DNA from: Cladosporium halotolerans
Lineage: Eukaryota
Reading direction: 5' to 3'
DNA: 64,000 bases
Assembly: GCF_011745625.1 (NCBI RefSeq)
Contig: NW_027191456.1
Span: 992,001-1,056,000, forward strand
Of this stretch, positions 58,320 through 64,000 are shown in pieces. The translations under genes and the position numbers were made by a program. Under the pieces are notes generated by a model, which was given only the letters and a program-made list of their open reading frames with translations, was not told the DNA's origin and ran no database searches. Numbering within the stretch: the stretch's first letter is position 1; the number at the start of each line of letters is the position of its first letter.

Positions 58320-60109
58320 CGCTGCGACTTCACTTCAATGCGATCACAGTCTCAATGCACAGCCAAACGGTCGACGAGTGTATGAGCAACAGAAGCAAAG
58401 CTCAATGGGTTGGAGGTGATTGCAAAATGTAGCTACCATGACGCGAGCGAGTGCCGAGGCGCGTACTGACATCACTTCCAAAACACCAAGACCCAGGGTG
58501 CTTTCACTTGCAGACGGTACAGCGCCCGCTTTAGCCGTGGCCAGCTTCGCCAGGGCCTTGATTGTACGCTCAGCACGTGAGGCGGCACAATCCGCCAGGG
58601 CGCGTACTGTCAGCCGTGCGAGCCGCATTTCGGGACCAGATACCGCAGGCACCCATCATTCGCATCAAAACAAGCAAGTCGGGCATCGGACAGGCGGATA
58701 TTGCGGGTATGAGGTCAAGACATCTTGGAGCCGCAGCTCTCCTGGACGAAGCTTCGCCCTGGCTGGCTTCCCCGCACGCCTCCCTGTCGGCCACCACCAA
58801 GCTCACCCAAGCAGCCGCTAGGAGTGGAGAACTCCCCCGCCACGCGATCTTGCTAGTGAAAGTGCATGTCTCTGGGGCTTGACCACGGACGAGTTCACGC
58901 GAGAAGGCTTGACAGCCACTGACTTCCACAGCACGCGAATGCCACGATAGCCGCCGTGCCCGGCGCATCCGCATGGTTGTCTAGAACCGGGACCTCAGAG
59001 CGCCGCCATTGCCGCCACCAGTGGGCCTAGACAGCGACAGGAGACCGCCGCTGCATCCGCAGCACCTACGGCGGACGTCGCCATGGCCGAGACGACCTTC
59101 CACTCTAGCGGATGGTATCGGCTCTGGCGGACTTGACCGTGCTATCAGGCCGCAAAGGCCGACGAGGAAATGTCGGAATCCGCGGAATCGCTTTTGCTTT
59201 CATTCTACTATATGAGCCGGGCAATCTCGCAACACCGTGAACGCTCGGATTCTGTCTTCGCCACGTCTTCACCACGAGACATCGACTTCGAGCTTCAATG
59301 ACAAGTGACTCTCGGGCTTGGCTCCAATTTGAGGCGCCTTATCACCTGTCGAGTCGCTTCGGACCCTCCCCTACCCCTCAGTGCGAGACGAATGCATGCT
59401 ATCATGGCACACTTATGCTTGACCTGAGCCTCCGTCAAGCTCTTTCTGAAGAGTGAACGAGCTGTCACCCAAAGTGATACATCTCCGCAGCACCCGCAGC
59501 ACCCAAGGTCTTGTCGACCTGCCAATTGCATCCAAGGCAGGTAGCTGTGACCACTAATCATGTCACAAATGCGTTCACGAACAGCTGCGGGGTACCTCTT
59601 ACGGTAGCACGCGACTTCGTAAGCCGTAGTGGCAACCTATGGCTGGAGCACGTTCGCGCCATTTGGAGTCATTCCCGCGCTGACCCCTGCCACGAAGAAG
59701 CTCTTGACCTTATTCCCTCCAGTGACACGATTCAAAATCATGCGTTGATGATGAGGGCACTTTTGCAGGTCGCGAAATCGATCAATCACTGAGCATGAGC
59801 TGAAGTGCCGATGTAGCTGATAGACACGGCGCCCAAAGCTTGTTGCTCTAGTCACGGCACGCGAACCGTACGCTTGCAGGACAGGTACGTACTCTTGTTG
59901 CTCTGCATGTAACAATGTACCTGCAGGCGCTCAATCAGAGCCGTTCGAGGCGGCTGGTGCTTGAACCATAGTATCCTCACTAAGCGACATATCTGAGGCT
60001 GGCCATATCATGTCTTACAAGCCCAAAGGTCAACCCTTCGGTTTCGACATATGAGTGACTGCAATCACCAAGTTCCCTCTGTAACCACTTCAAAAGATCT
60101 GCTTTCACC

Positions 60110-62292
60110 ATGAAGGTCGTCGATCAGGCGATCAACGACGTCCGCACGGATTATACTTGGAACCGCGCCGGTCGTCTTGCCAAACGCGGATTGAGAGCAA
60201 CACCGACGACGGCTGCTCACTACATTATCGACAAAGCTCCCATCGTCGGATGGCTGCCTCGATACAATCCAAGATGGATCATCAACGATGTTATTGCAGG
60301 GCTGACCATTGGGTACGAAGTCATTTCCGTACGTCGCTGACATTTGCTGACCAACGACGCAGGTTGATGTTGATCCCTCAGAGCTTGTCATATGCTAAGA
60401 TCGCTACGATTCCTGTCGAGTATGGGTTGATGTCCAGCTGGCTGCCACCAACCCTTTACGCAATCATGGGATCCACCAAAGGTCAGTGAGACCAACACTT
60501 TCAAGCGAGCATTTGCTGAACGTCTCAAGACCTGTCCACCGGACCGACCTCTCTGTTGGGTTTGACTACTGCCGAAGTCGTCCACGATTTTACGGCAGAC
60601 GGATACGCCCCAGAACAGATTTCATCAGCTGTGGCCATGTGCATCGGGTTCTACGGCATCATCGTAGGATTCCTCAATCTTGGGTTCCTCCTTGAATTCA
60701 TCTCTCTACCCATTCTGAGTGGTTTCATCTCCGCCGTTGCAATTGTCATTGGACTCGGCCAGATTCCCTCTTTACTCGGAGAAGAAGGAGGTAGCGATGC
60801 TACTGCTGGCAAAATCCACGATATGTTCGCTCAACTACCCGACGCAAATGGATACGCTTGTGGTATCGGCTTCGGGGGCCTCGTCTTCTTGACCATACTC
60901 GAGAAAGCCGGCAAGCGATGGGGCGAAAAGTACAAGGCCGTCTGGCTTCTGTCCATCACTCGCGCCTTCTTGTGCTTGGTCCTCTTCACGGGTATTAGCT
61001 ACGCGGTCAACGGAAAATACGGCAAAGACGATGACAGCTACTTGTTCGAAGTTGTAAAAGTCTCAGGCAAGGGCATTGTCACTCCCAAGGCGCCGCCTGG
61101 CCCCTTGATCTCGAAGGCTTTCCCCCGCAGCATTGCTGCCTTCATTGGTCCAGTCCTTGAGCATATCGCCATCGCCCGAGCTTTCGGTGTGAAGAACAAC
61201 TACGTCAGCGACCAAACACAGGAACTATGCTACTTCGGCGTCACGAACGCAATCAACTCTTTGTTCCATGTAATGGGAGTCGGCGGAGCCATGTCCAGGA
61301 CCTCAGTAAACTCGGCCTGCAAGGTCAAATCACCGCTTTCCGGTATCGTCACGACGGCAGTCATTCTCGTCTGTATCTTCAAGTTGACGGACGTCCTCTA
61401 CTGGATCCCGAAGGCCACACTCGCTGCGATTATCATCTCAGCCGTCTGGCCTCTAATCAACCCGCCATCGACGTTCTATAAATATTGGAAGACATCCTTG
61501 GCCGACTTCATCTCCTCCATGCTCGCATTCTGGGTGTGCCTCTTCGTTAACACCGAAGCTGGCCTTGGTGCAGCGGTCGGTTTCAACATCGTCTACGTCC
61601 TGTTACGTCAAACCTTCACCCGTGTCAAGTCCATCTCCAGCAGCGATGGCAAAGAAATCGCCGAGCTCCAACAGAGCACCGACTCACCACACATCACCCC
61701 AAACACCATCCCGGACGACGTCCGTATCTTCAAATTCCACGAATCCTTCTTCTTCCCCAACGCCTACGGCGTCAAAACCTCCATCCTCAACACCATCAAA
61801 ACCCACCACTCGCCCGCCTACAGCAACCGCCACGGCGCCGAGGCCGAGCGCATCTGGTCCGTCCAGGGCGAGCGCCAGGTCGCCCGCCTGCGCAAGAAAA
61901 TGCACATCACCGACCCCGACAGCCTGCCCCCGCTCAACGTCGTCGTCTTCGACTTCGCCCGCTGCAACCACTTCGACGTCACGGCTGTCACGCAGTTCCG
62001 CCAGCTCGTTGCGGAGATGCGGCTGTACTGCGGTAAGCAGCTTGAGATTCGCATCGCGGGCATGTCGGAGTATGTCCGTACGAGGATGTGGCGCGCGGGG
62101 TTTGAGGTTGTCGACGAGGAGGCTGTGATTAGGGGGGATGTGGAAGCGAGCGGTGCGCCCATGCATTTTGCGAGTTTGGCGAGGGCACTCACGGCGCCGA
62201 GGGGTAGTGCGGAGGGGAGTTTGAAGGAGCGGTTTGATGAGAAGAAGGGGGATGCAGTGGAGAGGGTGGAGGACGTTGAGGAGAAGGTTTGA
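60110..62292 (+). CDS. SulP/SLC26 anion transporter with C-terminal STAS domain; introns 60313-60362 and 60482-60529
   Basis: PIVGWLPRY..DVIAGLTIG|LMLIPQSLSYA, GSTK|DLSTGP, ISLPILSGF, EHIAIARAF, QEL, GAMSRTSVN, IPKATLAAII, STAS VVFDF..FDVTA. Confidence 0.92.
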
Positions 62293-63058
62293 GTCGACTG
62301 TAGGGTGTGATTTGGGGCTTCCATTGCAATGGCCTTGTCTCTTTTTTGGAGTTTTATTCGATGGTAGCTACGTTCATGGCTTATGTTTGCATTGAGAAAA
62401 ATATGACGGCAGATTTGAAGTTGAATGTCGTCCTGATGTGTTCTCAACTCATCTCATCTGAGTCCCCTAAGATACTCACATTGTTCTCAGGCATTACTGA
62501 ACGCATTAACATAGACATCCACGATTTTCCGACTTCTGCACCAATGTTGTCCTCGATCATTAGCAGGCTACAACGCAATCTCTGAATGATTGATGCCAGT
62601 GACACTTCGATTTAGCCGAGGTCAGCTCAAAAGCAATTGATACTGCACGCGTGCAAGGTGTCGTCGGTATCGATGCAGCTGAAACCTTCTGTAGGGCAAT
62701 ATTCCCCGCCCGCCACGCGATATGAAACGTGCATTAGCAGTGCATAACCACGGATTGGCGATCTGCAATCGGCAAGTGCGGCACGCTTTTACGGTTTGAG
62801 GGGAGGAGGAGCAGCCTCGGTTCCCTCGATAGCCGCAATCCCCGTCATATCCGTTCAGCTGGATCAATGGCTCCTCTACTCGATTTCACGATCTTCGAAG
62901 GAGCGATATGAGGGGTTAGATTGAGGGGCACAGGTTTGTCAGGCCGTCTCGCTTCAATTCACCGCATCAACCGCACTCGCCGGACTAGCCGTGCAAGTTC
63001 CTGGATTCACAACCACTTGCCTGCGTCCGTCTCGCAATCAGGGCGAAGAACCATTACC

Positions 63059-63952
63059 ATGTCGTCGCAGAACGGTTACAACACCCTCGCGCAAAATGGC
63101 TATGCTCCGAACGATGTAGACGCCGAAGGTGCGGCTCTACTTAGAAAACCTTCTGATCGAAATGGTGGCGAGACATCGCTGACTACTCGCCTGACCACCC
63201 ATTTCACCAACAACGTCAGCAAATCATGGGCAGACATTGCTCTGCTCGGTTGCTACATCATCACCGGGCTGCTAGATAGCAGCAGCGTGTTCATCTGGGG
63301 AAGTTTCGTGAGCATGCAAACTGGTAAGACCACCATCGTCCACATCCAAAACCGCCTCTAATGACAACCAGGCAACACCGTCTACCTGGGCCTAGGCATT
63401 GTAGCACCCCACGACAACGACCGCTGGATCCGTTCTGGCATCTCTATCGCGTTCTTCTGTCTCGGCAGCCTCTTCTTCAGCTTCTACCACCGCGCACTCT
63501 CACCTCGCAAGCGCTGGGTCCTCGTCTCGTCACATCTCATCCAACTGGCCCTAGTCATCGCCGCCGCGCTCATGGTCACGTTTGGCCCGCATACGAGCAA
63601 GGAAACGCCTTTCAATATCTTCATCGGCGCACCCATCGCTCTGATCGCTTTCCAGGCTGCCGGACAGGCTGTCACATCTCGCGTGCTGCAATTTAATGGA
63701 CTCACGAGCGTAGTCTTGACTTCGATCTACTGCGATCTGTTCTCTGATCCGGGACTCGTGGCGGGTTTTCAGGCGAATCCGGAGCGAAACCGGAGGGCTG
63801 CGGCGCCGGTGCTGTTGCTTTTGGGCGCGGTCTTGGGAGGCTTGTGGGCGCATAGTAGTGTTGGGTTGGCCGGGGCGCTTTGGACGGCGGTGGTTCTGAA
63901 GGCGGGTGTTGTCGGGGCTTGGGTGCTTTGGGCGGCTGAGGAGAAGTCGTGA
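63059..63952 (+). CDS. DUF1275 (YoaK-like) multi-pass membrane protein; intron 63324-63371
   Basis: ITGLLD..FVSMQTG|NTVYLGLG signature, AFQAAGQ, TSVVLTS, RNRR..LLLGAVLGG; about 6 TM segments. Confidence 0.85.
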
Positions 63953-64000
63953 GGCTAGTCGTTGATCTGTCTCGTGTCCAGACCACGGTTCTGGACGATT

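Noticed and set aside
58549..59322. Four PacC-type GCCARG sites in the oxdC/SulP promoter (58549, 58594, 58758, 59317)
   Set aside because: About two are expected by chance in 1.8 kb, more at this GC content; not distinguishable from background.
1..64000. CRISPR arrays, tRNA/rRNA genes, transposases, RIP-like AT-rich repeats, PKS/NRPS genes
   Set aside because: None seen; the window is eukaryotic, gene-dense and mostly accounted for by single-copy-type genes.

Overview
This is gene-dense eukaryotic DNA from a filamentous ascomycete. Short GT-AG introns with CTRAC branch points and the eIF3L, AA11 and Zn2Cys6 genes support this; a Dothideomycete-like origin is inference only. I can support 32 protein-coding genes, many in head-to-head pairs. 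I found no rRNA, tRNA, CRISPR array or autonomous transposon. Housekeeping genes include MAF1, an S6K-like AGC kinase, BPL1, COA4, MGM101, RPB3, RTF2, pantothenate kinase, Lunapark, eIF3L, CENP-S/MHF1, PMP3, SSF1 and RRP3. Three metabolic neighbourhoods stand out. (1) A divergent choline oxidase / betaine aldehyde dehydrogenase pair, both with PTS1-like C-termini. (2) A ~14 kb candidate myo-inositol / D-glucuronate catabolic cluster (MIOX, aldo-keto reductase, Gfo/Idh/MocA dehydrogenase, Zn polyol dehydrogenase, KduD-like SDR, Zn2Cys6 regulator), in which three enzymes carry peroxisomal-type signals. (3) A candidate oxalate-handling cluster: secreted oxalate decarboxylase, a SulP/SLC26 anion transporter and a DUF1275 membrane protein. 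There is also a small nested-stem element with telomere-like motifs upstream of eIF3L, and a recurring orientation-independent C-rich to G-rich compositional switch within genes. Product calls come from motif recognition by eye; no database searches were run.
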